DNA from: an uncultured delta proteobacterium
GTDB lineage: Bacteria; Desulfobacterota; Desulfobacteria; Desulfobacterales; QNYZ01
DNA length: 64,000 nucleotides
Assembly (NCBI GenBank): GCA_963845145.1
Contig: CAWJQU010000005.1
Location: 832,001 to 896,000, forward strand
Direction of reading: 5' to 3'
The stretch's first letter is position 1. Every line of letters starts with the position of its first letter. Shown here piece by piece: positions 50,860-63,074 of this stretch. The notes below the pieces were generated by a model. The model was not told where the DNA came from. It made no database searches and saw only the letters and a program-made list of their open reading frames with translations. A program made the translations under genes and the position numbers.

Positions 50860-52994
50860 ATGATTAAATTCAACATACTGGCAAGAAGCGCATTTCCGCG
50901 CCGGGTGGCTGTGTTTGCTGCCTTGATGGGTGTTTTTCTGGCAGCGGGTATTTTCTTTCAGCCTATTTCCATCGCTGCCATAGGCGCGGAAGGCACTGAC
51001 ATTAAAAAAGAGATTCCCGTAAGCACCGAACCCCGTATTGTTGCTGCAATGAAGACCAGTATGTATGATCAGGTTGCCGATGATGAAGATATCGACATCA
51101 TGGCAAAATGGATTGGCGACGGCGCAAAAAACGACGAGTTTTTCAATAAGAAAGTTTACAAAATCTTAAAAAACGATTGCGTCAATTGTCATAGCACAGC
51201 GTCTACCATGACGAGAAAGGCACCCCATATACCTTTTGCTTCATATGAGGATGTTAAAAAGTTCACCAAAGTAGGACCGACGGATGCCAGCTGCCTTGAG
51301 TGCCATGGAAATCCAGTATTACAAAAACCACCTGATGAAAAATTAAAAGCGCTATTTATTGACCAGACAAAATTCGAAATGACGGTTCATCAAAAGCTAC
51401 CCTGTATCAGATGTCACGTGGTCCTGCACCCGGAAACCGAAAAAGTTTACCAGGACACAAAAACGTTTGAAGCCTACGTGTTAAGGGGAGAAAGAGCCGC
51501 TGAGCCCGATAGCTCACAGATTTTCAAACCCAATTGCGCAAACTGCCATCCCAAAGAGGGCCAAAAACTTGCAGAAAGTTCCCATTCAGCTAAAAAATTA
51601 GAACTGAAATTAGCTCAATCTGACCAAAGTGCCCAGATGGTTGGAAAAAACCAGAAAGAACTAAAAGCGCCACAATGTAACAGTTGCCATGGATCCGAGC
51701 AGCATTATATCACGGACACAAAACTGAACCAGACAAAATTCGACGTCGTTAATCGATGCGGAGAATGTCATGCGAAGTTGACCAAGACCTATTTTGCAAG
51801 TTATCATGGAAAGGCTGCAAAATTAGGGGGCGAAAAAGTTGCCAAGTGCGTAAATTGTCATGGCTCCCATGACCTTTTATCACCCTCGATCCCGGCATCA
51901 ATGCTGTCTGATAAAAATATCCTAAAAACATGTCAGGAATGTCACCCAAAGGCCAATAAGAGTTTTACCGGGTTTTTACCCCATGCCGACAACCAGGATA
52001 GAGAAAATAATCCACTTTTATTTTATTCATTCTGGATTATGACCCTTCTCATCGTTATGACATTTGCGCTGTTCGGCACACATTCGTTTTTATGGTTGAA
52101 CCGATCAATGATCGAAAGATTCAGCGCCCGGAAAAACAGAGAAAAAATGGGTGTACCAGATGACACCTCAAATCGTCACATCAGAAGATTCAGTCCCTCC
52201 CATTCGATATTGCATCTGATGATTATGGTCTCTTTTTTAACCCTGGCGTTAAGGGAATGGCACTGAAATTTGCTGACAACCCCATGTTTTCATTTGTCAA
52301 CCAAATGGTCGGCGGGCCGGCTGTAATGGGGAAAATACATATGGTAGGTGCCCTTATTGCATTGCTGTATATCAGCATACATCTATTTCAGGTTGCCGTC
52401 CTTTTTATAAAACGAAAGATCAGCTTTAAAGGTTTATTCAAAAAAGAATACTCCTTAATATTGTTACCTCGCGATTTTAAAGAGTTGAAATCAAATCTCT
52501 TATATTTTGTGGGCAAAGGTCCAAAGCCCGAGTTCGGTCGTTGGACCTATTGGGAGAAATTCGATTATCTGGCTGAACTCTGGGGCACAATTATTGTGGG
52601 TGTCACAGGTTTGATGCTCGCCTTTCCTGAATTCACCACCCAGTTCCTACCAGGCGTGGCGTTAAACATTGCCACTATCATCCATAGCTTTGAGGCGCTT
52701 TTGGCAACAGCATTTATTTTTTCCATCCATTTTTTCAACTCTCATATGCGCCCAGAGATTTACCCGATGGACACCGTTATTTTTACTCAGCGGCTTCCCC
52801 TTTCCCGATTCAAGGAAGAAAGACCGAGAGAATATCAGGAGATGGTCAATAAGGGAGACCTGGAGAAATATTTAGCCGACCCGCCAAGCAAATGGTATTC
52901 CATAGTAGTCCATATCGTGGGTGGGCTCTTTTTGGCCATCGGGATCGTCTCGCTCGTAGCCATCGTATATTCTTTGTTAAGGCTTGTTTTCTAA
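50860..52994 (+). CDS. CbcL-like inner membrane cytochrome: octaheme c domain fused to cytochrome b domain; 1-nt frameshift near 52252
   Basis: Eight CxxCH motifs; IRRF..LHL..SFLTLAL then (T)GMALKF after adding one base; GRWTYWEKFDY, IHSFEALLA, HFFNSH. Confidence 0.82.
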
Positions 52995-53229
52995 ATGATG
53001 GGGCTACAAAGGACCACTACACCTTAGATAAATTAAACCCCCGGTTGAGCCGTTCGGTGGATTATGGGTGGTTTCCCCTGTATCACAGTTACGCCTATTA
53101 CATGAACGAATGAAAAAGGGCTTTTCCCGAGTCCCAGGGTAATTCTTACGTGTTTTTGTGCAACAAGAACAATCAGATCACGGGGACCCAGACCGTACAC
53201 ATGAGTCAGATCTCAATTTGCGACTCAAA

Positions 53230-54624
53230 CTATTTTGCCTCCAAGCCATAATTTTTCAACTTATTATGCAGGGTCTTGCGGGTGATTCCCAGACGCCGGG
53301 AGGCTTCCGCTTTGTTTCCTTTACTGGCTTTTAACGCAGCCTATATAGCTTCCTTCTCAATATCGTCCAGCGAGTGCTTGCCGTCCATGATCGGGGTCGT
53401 AATGAGGGGCGTAGTGGCCATATCGGGATATTTTTCGGTGATATTTAAGGGCAACTGATTTTCGGAAATATGCTCGCCAGTCAACAGAATTACCGCTCGC
53501 TCGATCGCATTTTCCAATTCCCGGACATTCCCGGGCCAATCATAATTGACCAGCATGTCCATGGCCAAAGGAACGAACCCTTTAACTGTCTTGCGATTTT
53601 TTTCCGCAAATTTTTCCAGGAAATGCTGAGCCAACAAGGGGATATCCTCCCGTCGCTCCCGTAACGGGGGCACATGCAGCGGCATCACATTGAGCCGATA
53701 AAAGAGATCTTCACGAAAATGCCCCTCGGCCACATCTTTTTCCAGATCACGATTGGTCGCGGCAATGATACGCACATCCACCTGTATGGTATCATCCCCG
53801 CCAACGCGCTGGATTTCCCTTTCCTGAAGCACCCGCAACAATTTGGCCTGCATGGTGGAAGACGTTTCACCCACTTCGTCGAGAAAGATGGTGCCCTGAT
53901 CGGCCTGCAAGAAACGGCCCTCCCGGCGTTTGTCGGCGCCGGTGAAAGCCCCCTTTTCATGTCCGAAAAGCTCTGATTCAAGTAGTGTTTCGGTAATGGC
54001 CGCGCAATTGACGACCACCAGGGGCATCTTTTTGCGGTGGCTGTTATAGTGCAGTGACCGGGCAATCAACTCTTTACCAGTACCGCTTTCGCCGGTGATC
54101 AAGACGGTCGCCTCAGACGGTGCGACCATCGCAATCATATCAAGCAGCGCCTGCATCGGCGGGCTTCTGCCGATGATGTGGTCCACCGTATCAATTACCT
54201 GCAAGTGCTCTTTTAAAACCCTGTTTTCCTCTTTGAGTCCGGCGTGCTCGCAGGCCCGTTCAATCGACAGTTTTAAGACTTCAAAATCCAGCGGCTTGAT
54301 CAGATAATCGTATGCGCCTGATTTTAACGCTTCCACCGCTGTTCCCACGGATGAATAGGCGGTCATGATGATGACGGGGATCGTCGGATTGTAGGCCTTG
54401 ATCTTTTTGAGCGCTTCGATACCGCTCATGTTGGCCATGCGAACATCCATCAAGATGAGATCCAGCGGCCCGGATTTCACCCTATCAACTGCAATATCGC
54501 CATCGGCGGCGGTTTCAACGGCATAGCCCCAACTCCGAACGATGGTTTTCAACGAGACCAAATGGCCGGCATCGTCATCCACGATCAGGATTTTAGCCGT
54601 ATTCGCCGCATTCAGTAAGTTCAT
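53230..54624 (-). pseudogene. Sigma54-dependent response regulator (ZraR/NtrC-like) with premature TAG before the Fis HTH
   Basis: [30 protein letters not shown] at 53341-53343 followed in frame by AALKASKGNKAEASRRLGITRKTLHNKL to TAG at 53230. Confidence 0.8.
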
Positions 54625-56416
54625 CGCTTTTCCTTTTTATCTTGGGCCTGCTGGCAGGGAAGGACTAACTTAAATCGAGTACCCTGGCCCTGTGTACTGG
54701 TTACCTCGACGAGCCCGTGATGCGCCCCGATAATTTTGTGGACAATCGCCAGACCCAACCCCGTGCCCTTATTCTTAGTGGTAAAGTAGGGGTCGAAAAT
54801 CTTATCCAGCTGATCAGAGGCAATACCCGTCCCGGTGTCACCCACCATAATCACGACATCCCCGGCTTCGCCGACAGCACTTGTTATGGTCAGAATCCCC
54901 CCATCCTCCATGGCCTGAATGGCATTCAAATACAGATTGAGCAGGCACTGAGTCAGGCGGTCGGGATCGATCCAGACCGGACAAATACTATCGTCTGTAG
55001 TGACCTTGATCTCCACGTTTTGATTGGCTGCGTCTTGCTGGATCAACTGAACCGACCGAGATATCAAAAGCCCGATATCACCGGTTTTCCGTTTTAAATC
55101 TGTGGGTCGCGAGAATTCCAGCAATTCGGTGATGACCCGGTTGAGTCGATCCACCTCTTGTACCATGACCTTGGCCGCCTCATTAGATTCGCTGCCGTCG
55201 TCAAATTGCCCTGCAAAGTAAGTGGCCAGCGCCTTAATGGAGCTTAACGGGTTACGGACTTCGTGGGCGACACCGGCCGCTAACCCTCCCATGGCGGCCA
55301 GTTTTTCCTGCCTGCGGACTTCGCTCTGCAAGCGTCGAATCTCACTTAAATCCCTCAAAATCAGGATCTGCCCAACAAACGCCCCGTCTTCATTGGTAAT
55401 GCGGGTGGCACTGATGCTGACCGGAATCTGTTTAATGCCATCGAAGGTACATTCCATTTCCCTCTCGTTAATTGTTTCCCCTTGTTCGAGTTTTTTTTGT
55501 ATCCCGCACAAATCAGCCGGTAATCGTTCATCCGGGTTTTTATTTAATATGCGATGCGTCTCCACACCGGTGATTTTCTCAGCCGAGGCATTGAAAAAAG
55601 TGACCCGGCCGGAGCGATCGGTGGCGATCAACCCCACGGGCAGATGGCTCACCACCTCATCGGCAAAGGCGCTGGTATCCTGCAGGGATCGTTTGGTACT
55701 GCGATAGCTGTACATCCAAAATAGCGAGACGAATCCACCGAAACCGAGAAGCAGCATCACCACGGACAGCAAGATCGTGGTGCGAATATCGCTTCGAATC
55801 GCCTCTTCAAAGGGCGTCACGTCCAGGCCGATAATGATCAACAGTTTTTGACGCTTCTCCATTGAAAACCAGTCGTCGGGTGACGGCGATCGCATTTGAT
55901 GCCGCCGCCTCATCATTTGCATATGGCTGGAATTCTTCCTCCCACCGAATGTCAGCGGGCGAAAATGGCGATGAACCTCAAATATCCGTTGCCCATATTA
56001 ATGGTGACCAATTCCCAGTTTTCCTGTTCACCCGGCCCGAGATGTATGATTTTTCGTTCCCGATCAAACGGAACGCCGATTTTGGTTGGGTCACTGTGAG
56101 CGACAGATCTGCCGGCCTCGTCGAGCACGGCCATGTATCGAACATCCTGAAGTCGCGCTGTTTCCTCGATGAGCCGCTGGATCTGCTGTCCCCCCCACAT
56201 CATCCCCATCATTCCGGTTCGGGCACCCGCTTCCACAGCCCGAATCAACGCCGCGCCTTTGGCACTCAACAGGTCCGACATATAACGCCGTTCCCGGTTG
56301 GTGTTTTGAAATGCCAGTACCAAGACAACAATCAGCAAAATAGCCGTTGACCCCAGAATGATCCACGGCGATGTTTGCAAACCAGTGCGCAGGGCGGTTT
56401 TGGATTTAGACGCCAT
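54621..56416 (-). pseudogene. ZraS-like sensor kinase (PAS, HisKA, HATPase), frameshift near 55997
   Basis: KGAALIRAVEAGARTGMMGM N-terminus; frame switch WELVTIN to GQRIFEVHRHFRP; AAGVAHEVRNPLSSIK, LNLYLNAIQAM, DPYFTTK. Confidence 0.8.
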
Positions 56417-56569
56417 AAATCTCCTTCTCTTACCAATGAAGCCATCACTTCATGGGTAACTCGGTATCGGTATTCCACACAGTGGTGTATAAAATATAAC
56501 CACGTCTTAATGCAAAACCAACGATAGCGGGTAAAAATTATACATATTAAGCGTGATCACCCATTAATA

Positions 56570-56585
56570 TGCCAATTTAATGCCA
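56570..56585 (-). promoter_or_regulatory. Possible sigma54 promoter
   Basis: TGGCATTAAATTGGCA fits GG-N10-GC, upstream of the zraS-like gene. Confidence 0.4.
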
Positions 56586-56896
56586 ATACTGAGTATAGCT
56601 GGATAGAGGTTAACTGAATAAGTTAGCCACATTTTTAACATCCGCTGGAACAACGACAATATTACAGCCGGATATCGGGAGGGAGCTTAGATGAAAAAAG
56701 GTATAATGCTGGTGTCATTTGATGGGGGTTATTTAAGCTACCCATTACCATAAACCGATCGGTAGGACGTTTTGAAACAGGCTCGAGAGATTTGGCCTTT
56801 TGCCCCACCGCTTCCAACGCGCAGGCGGTGGGACACACAAACAGGCCTTAAAAGAGACCCAGCGTACTGGGTATAAATGGATCGGTTAGGCTCAGA

Positions 56897-58828
56897 TTAT
56901 CCGCCCATCGCACCTGACATCAATTCGCCCACCTGCTGGGAAAAGCGGGAAGGATTGTCGATTTTGCCACCTTCGCCGATGATGGCCAGATCGAGCAGCA
57001 ACTCGCTGTATTCCTTGAGCTTGGGGTCTTTACGATCGGCTTCAAAGCGGGCTTTGATTTGGGCCATCACAGGATGTTCGATGTTTAGCTCCAGCACACG
57101 CTTGGCCTCGGGAGGGGTTTGTCCTGAAGCCTTTAAAATCTTTTCCATATAAGCGCTCATATCGTGGTCTTCCCCGGATAGACAGGCAATGGAACTTTTC
57201 AGGCGGGAAGAGGGTTTCACCTCCTTGACCTTGTCGTTCAGCTGGGATTTGATAAACCCAAAGAGCACATTGTACTCATCTGTTTTCTTTTCATCGGGTT
57301 CATCCAAACCCAGATCGCCTTTCTCGGCGCTTTTTAAGGATTTGCCATCATATTCGGTCAGCGACTGGATCACCCACTCATCCACCGGGTCCGCCATGAG
57401 CAGGACTTCGTAGTCTTTCTCCTTTAATTTTTCCAGATGCGGGCTGTTGATCAAAGCGGTGAGGTTTTCACCGGTAATATAAAAAATCTCTTTTTGGTCG
57501 GCCTGCATACGGTCGGTGTATTCCTTGAGAGAAATCGCTTTGTCTTCGGACTTCGTGGTTTTGTATCGCACCAGTTCGGCAATTTTTTTGCGATTATCGG
57601 TATCGATATGAACACCCCATTTCAAGGCCGAACCGAACTCCCCGTAAAATTTTTCATAATCTTCGGCCTTCATGTCCGCCAAAAGCTCAAGCAGCTTTTT
57701 CACCAGATTACGACGAATATTATTTACCAGTCGATCATGCTGAAGCAATTCGCGACTGATATTCAAGTTCAAATCCGGGGCATCCACGATCCCTTTAATG
57801 AAGCTCAAATATTCAGGCAGCAACGCTTCACAATTATCCATGATAAAAACCCGCTTGCAGTAAAGGTGCACGCCGTGCTTGCGGTCCGGCTGAAACATGT
57901 CAAAGGGCGCCTTGGAAGGAAGGTAGAGCAGGGCACTATATTCAGTGGTGCCTTCGAATTTCATGTGCAGCCGATCCAAGGGCGGATTCCAGTCATGGCT
58001 TAAGTGTTTGTAAAATTCTTCATATTCTTCATCGGTGACATCTTTTTTGTCCCGCGCCCAGATAGCCTTCATGGAGTTCAAGGTTTCTTCCTGAATGACC
58101 TTGCGGGTGGTTTCGCCAATGGGCTTGTCGTCTTTATCTTTGAGCTGCTGCTCCTCGGGAATCGGTTCGTCGTTTTCCACATCCATGACAATTGGATAGC
58201 CGACAAAATCAGAGTGCTTTTTGATGATTCCCCGAATTACCCACTGGTCGGTATAGTCGGACTCCTCTTTGGCCGGTTTTTTCAACGTTAGGATAATGTC
58301 GGTTCCCCGGCTCTCCTTGGTGGTTTCTTCAATGGTATAAGACCCGTCCCCCAATGATTCCCAGAGAACGGCTTTATCGCTTTGGGCAGACCGGGTCACC
58401 AGGGAGATTTTTTCCGCCACCATAAAAGCACTGTAAAAACCAACACCGAATTGCCCAATCAGCTCCGGCGTCAGGGTTTCCATCTGCTTGGATTGTTCCA
58501 ATGCGTCTATAAACGCCGCCGTCCCGCTTTTGGCGATAGTGCCGATATTTTCCAGCACCTCATCGTAGGTCATCCCAATGCCATTGTCGGAAATCGTCAA
58601 CGTTTGCTTGATCCCATCCGGGATGATTTTGATTTTAAATTCGCTATCATCGCCTAGAATATCCGGCTCGGTTTGGGACTTGAACCGAAGCTTGTCAATG
58701 GCGTCGGACGCATTGGAAATCAGCTCCCTTAGAAAAATATCCTTGTGAGTGTAAAGCGAATTGACGATCAGATTCAGTAGCTGCTGAATTTCGGTTTCAA
58801 ACTGACGGGTCTCTTTTTTAGCTGCCAT
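56897..58828 (-). CDS. htpG: Molecular chaperone HtpG (Hsp90)
   Basis: [54 protein letters not shown] before MAAKK. Confidence 0.97.
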   Translation of the reverse strand: MAAKKETRQFETEIQQLLNLIVNSLYTHKDIFLRELISNASDAIDKLRFKSQTEPDILGDDSEFKIKIIPDGIKQTLTISDNGIGMTYDEVLENIGTIAKSGTAAFIDALEQSKQMETLTPELIGQFGVGFYSAFMVAEKISLVTRSAQSDKAVLWESLGDGSYTIEETTKESRGTDIILTLKKPAKEESDYTDQWVIRGIIKKHSDFVGYPIVMDVENDEPIPEEQQLKDKDDKPIGETTRKVIQEETLNSMKAIWARDKKDVTDEEYEEFYKHLSHDWNPPLDRLHMKFEGTTEYSALLYLPSKAPFDMFQPDRKHGVHLYCKRVFIMDNCEALLPEYLSFIKGIVDAPDLNLNISRELLQHDRLVNNIRRNLVKKLLELLADMKAEDYEKFYGEFGSALKWGVHIDTDNRKKIAELVRYKTTKSEDKAISLKEYTDRMQADQKEIFYITGENLTALINSPHLEKLKEKDYEVLLMADPVDEWVIQSLTEYDGKSLKSAEKGDLGLDEPDEKKTDEYNVLFGFIKSQLNDKVKEVKPSSRLKSSIACLSGEDHDMSAYMEKILKASGQTPPEAKRVLELNIEHPVMAQIKARFEADRKDPKLKEYSELLLDLAIIGEGGKIDNPSRFSQQVGELMSGAMGG

Positions 58829-58921
58829 TGGTACTCCTAAAATTTTACGTCCATTGATCAAATGTTTGCCGAATGGATACCCACACCCATTGTCCGGCTA
58901 TTCTTCCCATTGAGTTGGAAA

Positions 58922-58950
58922 AATATAATTAGCGCCCATGGAAGTGTCAA
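58922..58950 (-). promoter_or_regulatory. Sigma70-type promoter of htpG
   Basis: TTGACA N17 TATATT. Confidence 0.6.
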
Positions 58951-59090
58951 GGTGGGCAGAGTATCGGACGCTCACACAATAACCCCCCGAAACATATTTA
59001 TATTCATGTTAATGATCAACGAGGCGAACGATGCGGCAAAAAACCCCACCACAATGTGGCACATAAGGTTCCGGATTAATAAAAAAATGC

Positions 59091-59117
59091 TAAAGCAATC
59101 CTGTTTGTGGTCGATAT
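59091..59117 (+). promoter_or_regulatory. Sigma28 (FliA) type promoter
   Basis: TAAA-N15-GTCGATAT versus consensus TAAA-N15-GCCGATAA, upstream of a chemoreceptor operon. Confidence 0.68.
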
Positions 59118-59197
59118 ACAAGTAAGAAGACAGGATGCGAACGGTTTTGCATCTAACACAAATTTTTAAACGTAGTTACCAACTTTGGAGGCTTAAG

Positions 59198-60091
59198 ATG
59201 AAAAAATGGGCAGTGGCAATCAGTATCATTATGTTTTTATTCAGCGTCAATACCTGGGCAGCAGACACTTATAAAATCGGCGTCCTTGCCAAGCGCGGCC
59301 CGGTTAAAGCACTAAAACAGTGGAAAGCAACCGGCGATTATCTGTCAGCCAAAATATCGGGAAAAACGTTTGAGATCGTGCCCCTCGATTTTGATGCGGT
59401 CAATCCGGCCATTGAAAAAGGCGAGGTGGACTTTTTCCTGGTTAATTCATCCATGTTTGTAACCGCTCAGGTTAAATATGGTGCAGCCGCCATTGCCACC
59501 ATGGTCAACTCCCGTCAGGGACAGCCTTTAAAATCTTTTGGTGGTGTTGTTCTGACGTTAGCGGAAAACGAAGACATCAATACCATCGCCGATTTGAAGG
59601 GACGAACGTTTATGGCGGTAAAAGCGTCTTCTTTTGGCGGATGGCAAATGGCCTATAAGGAAATTCTGGATGCGGGAGTGAATCCAAAATCAGATTTCGC
59701 CAGCCTCGAATTTGGCGGCAAACACGATAATGTCGTGCTTGCCATCCAGAATGGCGCTGTTGACGCCGGAACCGTGCGCACCGATACGCTTGAGCGAATG
59801 GCGGCGGAAGGCAGCATTGATATGGAAGAATTCAAAATTATCGGGCTACAAAAACATACCGGTTTTCCATTTGTTTGCAGTACGGCGCTTTACCCCGAAT
59901 GGCCCCTGGGTAAAGTCAGTGCGACGCCTGATGATGTCGCCAAAGCCGTTGTCGATGCCCTCAAAGCGATGACACCCGAAGATTCTGCGGCCAAAAACGC
60001 CAAGGTCGTCGGCTGGACCGATGCCCTCGACTATGGACCCGTGCAAGTTCTCCAACAATCGCTTAGTGTTGGGGCTTACGCGTCCTTATAG
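59198..60091 (+). CDS. Stand-alone PhnD-fold periplasmic binding protein, TtrS sensor-domain-like
   Basis: Signal peptide, IGVLAKRG, FEIVPLDF, DLKGRTF, SSFGGW, HDNVV..VDAGTVRTDTLE, STALYPEWP; GGAGG RBS. Confidence 0.82.
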   Translation: MKKWAVAISIIMFLFSVNTWAADTYKIGVLAKRGPVKALKQWKATGDYLSAKISGKTFEIVPLDFDAVNPAIEKGEVDFFLVNSSMFVTAQVKYGAAAIATMVNSRQGQPLKSFGGVVLTLAENEDINTIADLKGRTFMAVKASSFGGWQMAYKEILDAGVNPKSDFASLEFGGKHDNVVLAIQNGAVDAGTVRTDTLERMAAEGSIDMEEFKIIGLQKHTGFPFVCSTALYPEWPLGKVSATPDDVAKAVVDALKAMTPEDSAAKNAKVVGWTDALDYGPVQVLQQSLSVGAYASL

Positions 60092-60275
60092 CCAATTTAA
60101 ACCGATTCCCCCAGCCTTGCGCCGATAGGATGTGTAAGGCAGGGGAAATCACCCGAATCAACCCAAAGATGAAAAAGAATATCCGGTATTATTTTTTCCA
60201 CCGGGGCAAGAATATAGGCACATAATTTAAAAAAGCGTTTACAAGATTGGATTTTACCTCGAAAGGGTTTCTCAA

Positions 60276-62222
60276 ATGAAACGTAAATTTCGCGCAAGTC
60301 TTCGTCAAAGGCTATTGGTTCCCATCATTTTAATAATGGTTGTCTGCGTCTCCGGGTTATTCCTGACCATTGTATCCGTACAAAACGGCCAGTTGAATAA
60401 GTTAAGTGACTCCGTACGATCCGCCCTTGATACCACCAACCGAATCGCCAATGAAAATTATGCCCAGCTGGAACAAGATGTGACGGTTTATTTGGAGAAA
60501 ATGAATGGAACCCTGAATACATCCATTGCAGAAACGACACGCGGGTCTTTGGAAGAGGAAAAATCCAAGCTGGAAACAGAATTTAATGCCGCTTTGCAAC
60601 AAAATGCCGAGTCTTTGGCCGGTTTATTGGTGCAAGTCGCTCCAGCGGCTATTTTGGCCAATAATTTTATAGATTTAATTGGTTACGCCAAGTCAGCGAC
60701 CCAGAATGCAGACATCGTTTACGCCATCTACATAAAACCCGACGGAAAACCGCTTACGCGTTATCTGGATCGCCAATCAAAACTTATCCAGAAATACCTT
60801 AAAACCGGTAAGGAGAAAAACAAGGCCTTGCGGGTTATCGCCGCATCAAAAGGCGACGACAACGTGTTATTAGTGGAAAAACCGATATTATTTGAAGGTA
60901 AAGACCTTGGTAAAGTATTTGTTTGTGTGGACAAAGCTTCGGCCCGGGAAAAAATCGCAGCTCTGTCCGAACGCTTTGGTTGGTTGATCAATGCCAATGC
61001 GGACAAAGGTAAAACAATCATACAAGAGGAATCCGCCAAATTAAGCCAACGCATCGATGAAAAGTTAAATAATGTGAGTAGCCAGAGCTTGGCTTCAATA
61101 AACGACATTACAAAAACCTTGCAAACGGCCTCAAACAGCGTGCGCTCAAAAACTCAGGGAATTGCCCTTCTGGCTGCCCTTATATCGGGTATCGTCGTGG
61201 CAGTGCTCCTTTTTATCATTTTGTCACGGATTGCCAAATCCATTGGTCGGATTACGACGGATCTGGACCAAAGGTCCGACAATATTACCGCCGCTTCAGA
61301 GCAAGTGGCCTCGGCCAGCCGCCAATTGGCGGAAGGGGCATCCGAGCAGGCGGCTTCCATTGAGGAAACCTCGTCATCGTTGGAAGAGATGGATTCCATG
61401 ACCCGCCAGAATGCAGACAATGCCGGCCAGGCGAATCACGTGATGCAGGAAACAACCCAGGTGGTCTCCGAAGCCAACCGCTCTATGGAGGAACTGACCA
61501 CATCCATGGCCGAGATCTCTGAAGCCAGTACCGAGACATCTAAAATAATTAAAACCATTGACGAGATTGCTTTCCAGACCAATTTATTGGCGCTAAACGC
61601 CGCCGTAGAAGCTGCCCGGGCCGGTGAAGCCGGAGCGGGTTTTGCCGTTGTGGCGGACGAAGTCAGGAACTTAGCGATTCGCGCTGCCGATGCGGCCAAA
61701 AACACCGCCGAATTAATCGACGTCACCGTTTCGAAAGTAGATACCGGGAAAGGGCTTGTCTCGCAATGTAACGCGTCTTTTGGCCAGGTCGCCCAAAGTG
61801 CATCCAAAGTCAGCGAACTCGTCGCAGAGATTGCGGCGGCCTCAAAAGAACAGGCCCAGGGAATCGGCCAAGTCAACGCCGCGGTTACTGAAATGGACAA
61901 AGTGGTTCAACAGAACGCCTCCGGTGCCGAGGAAACCTCTTCGGCCTCCGAAGAGATGCGTATGCAGGCAGATGAGATGAAAGCCATGCTGGATGAGTTG
62001 GTCATCACGATAAATGGGAGTAAACATCGCCCCTTAATAGAAGAGACGCTCAAAGATGCTGATGAAGAAATCCGTCTTAATCAATCAGCATCCCAAAATC
62101 TATGGAAGCCACAACCCGAGCGGCAACCTGGGGAATGGTCACAACCACCGGCGAAAGAGGCTAGCCCGGTTCAGGTTATTCCCTTAGATGACGATGACCT
62201 TAACGAGTTGAATCTCCACTAG
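60276..62222 (+). CDS. Methyl-accepting chemotaxis protein
   Basis: Two TMs around a large periplasmic domain; [34 protein letters not shown]. Confidence 0.95.
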   Translation: MKRKFRASLRQRLLVPIILIMVVCVSGLFLTIVSVQNGQLNKLSDSVRSALDTTNRIANENYAQLEQDVTVYLEKMNGTLNTSIAETTRGSLEEEKSKLETEFNAALQQNAESLAGLLVQVAPAAILANNFIDLIGYAKSATQNADIVYAIYIKPDGKPLTRYLDRQSKLIQKYLKTGKEKNKALRVIAASKGDDNVLLVEKPILFEGKDLGKVFVCVDKASAREKIAALSERFGWLINANADKGKTIIQEESAKLSQRIDEKLNNVSSQSLASINDITKTLQTASNSVRSKTQGIALLAALISGIVVAVLLFIILSRIAKSIGRITTDLDQRSDNITAASEQVASASRQLAEGASEQAASIEETSSSLEEMDSMTRQNADNAGQANHVMQETTQVVSEANRSMEELTTSMAEISEASTETSKIIKTIDEIAFQTNLLALNAAVEAARAGEAGAGFAVVADEVRNLAIRAADAAKNTAELIDVTVSKVDTGKGLVSQCNASFGQVAQSASKVSELVAEIAAASKEQAQGIGQVNAAVTEMDKVVQQNASGAEETSSASEEMRMQADEMKAMLDELVITINGSKHRPLIEETLKDADEEIRLNQSASQNLWKPQPERQPGEWSQPPAKEASPVQVIPLDDDDLNELNLH

Positions 62223-62279
62223 AGACACGTGGGGGGATTTTTTCTACCGACAGGCCAACAGATAAGTGATGAACACTAT

Positions 62280-63074
62280 TTAATCCTTATCTGCATAAAG
62301 CGTATTAAATAAAAGCGCCGCCATATCCACAATCCGCGGCCCCGTCCGGCAGGTCAGGGCGCAATCAAATTGGTATACCCGCTCGGACTGCACCGCTTTT
62401 AAAGTGTGCCACTTATTATCGCTGCAAAACCGGGCAACAAAACCGCGATCGGTACCACAGAAAAAAATCAGTTCCGGATCCCATCGGCAAAACTGGCCAA
62501 GGGTAACCTTGGGATAAGCTTCGCCCACCTCGCAGGTCACATTCAGGCCGCCTGCGCGAGCGATCACATCATATTGAAACGACCGCGGGCCGGCCACAAT
62601 AAGATGGTTCCCTTCAATATCGAGTACCCGGCAGACACGGGTGCGACTGTCGCCGGGAATCTGGCCGACTTTGGCATCCAGCCGGGATAGGCGCCGTTGC
62701 AGGGTCTCGACCAAAGCCCGGGCTGACGAGGCCACTTGTAATTTGTCTCCCAGCAGCAGCATTACTTCCAGCGATTCGTCCACCGTGGCCGGATTGACGA
62801 GGATTGTCGGAATACCCTCACGCTCCAGGGCGGATTTAACGTCAGCGTGGGCGGTGTCCAAACCGAGAACCAGATCGGGGGTCAAAGCCAACAATTTATC
62901 CATATCAGGCTCAAACCAGCATGATACATCGGGCTTTTCCAAGGCCTCATCCGGAAAATCACACGTATCGGTGACCCCCACCACACGACTGCCCGCACCG
63001 ATGGCAAACAGTGTTTCAGTTAACGCGGCCGTGAGGGATACAATTCGCTTAAATTCGACGCTGGGAAGCGACAT
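62280..63074 (-). CDS. BtuF-like (cobalamin/iron) substrate-binding protein, no evident signal peptide
   Basis: RIVSLTAALTETLFAIGAG..VVGVT..CDFP, PDLVL, DPELI, LKAVQ..RVY, GPRI. Confidence 0.82.
   Translation of the reverse strand: MSLPSVEFKRIVSLTAALTETLFAIGAGSRVVGVTDTCDFPDEALEKPDVSCWFEPDMDKLLALTPDLVLGLDTAHADVKSALEREGIPTILVNPATVDESLEVMLLLGDKLQVASSARALVETLQRRLSRLDAKVGQIPGDSRTRVCRVLDIEGNHLIVAGPRSFQYDVIARAGGLNVTCEVGEAYPKVTLGQFCRWDPELIFFCGTDRGFVARFCSDNKWHTLKAVQSERVYQFDCALTCRTGPRIVDMAALLFNTLYADKD

Noticed and set aside
52995..53113. Short ORF tail DHYTLDKLNPRLSRSVDYGWFPLYHSYAYYMNE
   Set aside because: May be a 3' gene remnant at an island edge, but has no credible start or recognisable family
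46720..53343. Two in-frame TAG codons (46720, 53341) as pyrrolysine or amber recoding
   Set aside because: TAG ends many intact genes here at their natural C-termini, no pyl genes are visible, and one case lies in an already truncated remnant; nonsense mutation or error is simpler
58929..58950. CIRCE element at htpG
   Set aside because: Only a partial TTAGCGC arm; right arm and 9-nt spacer do not fit
59057..59072. Sigma54 promoter TGGCACATAAGGTTCC
   Set aside because: No GC at the -12 position; the nearby sigma28 match fits better
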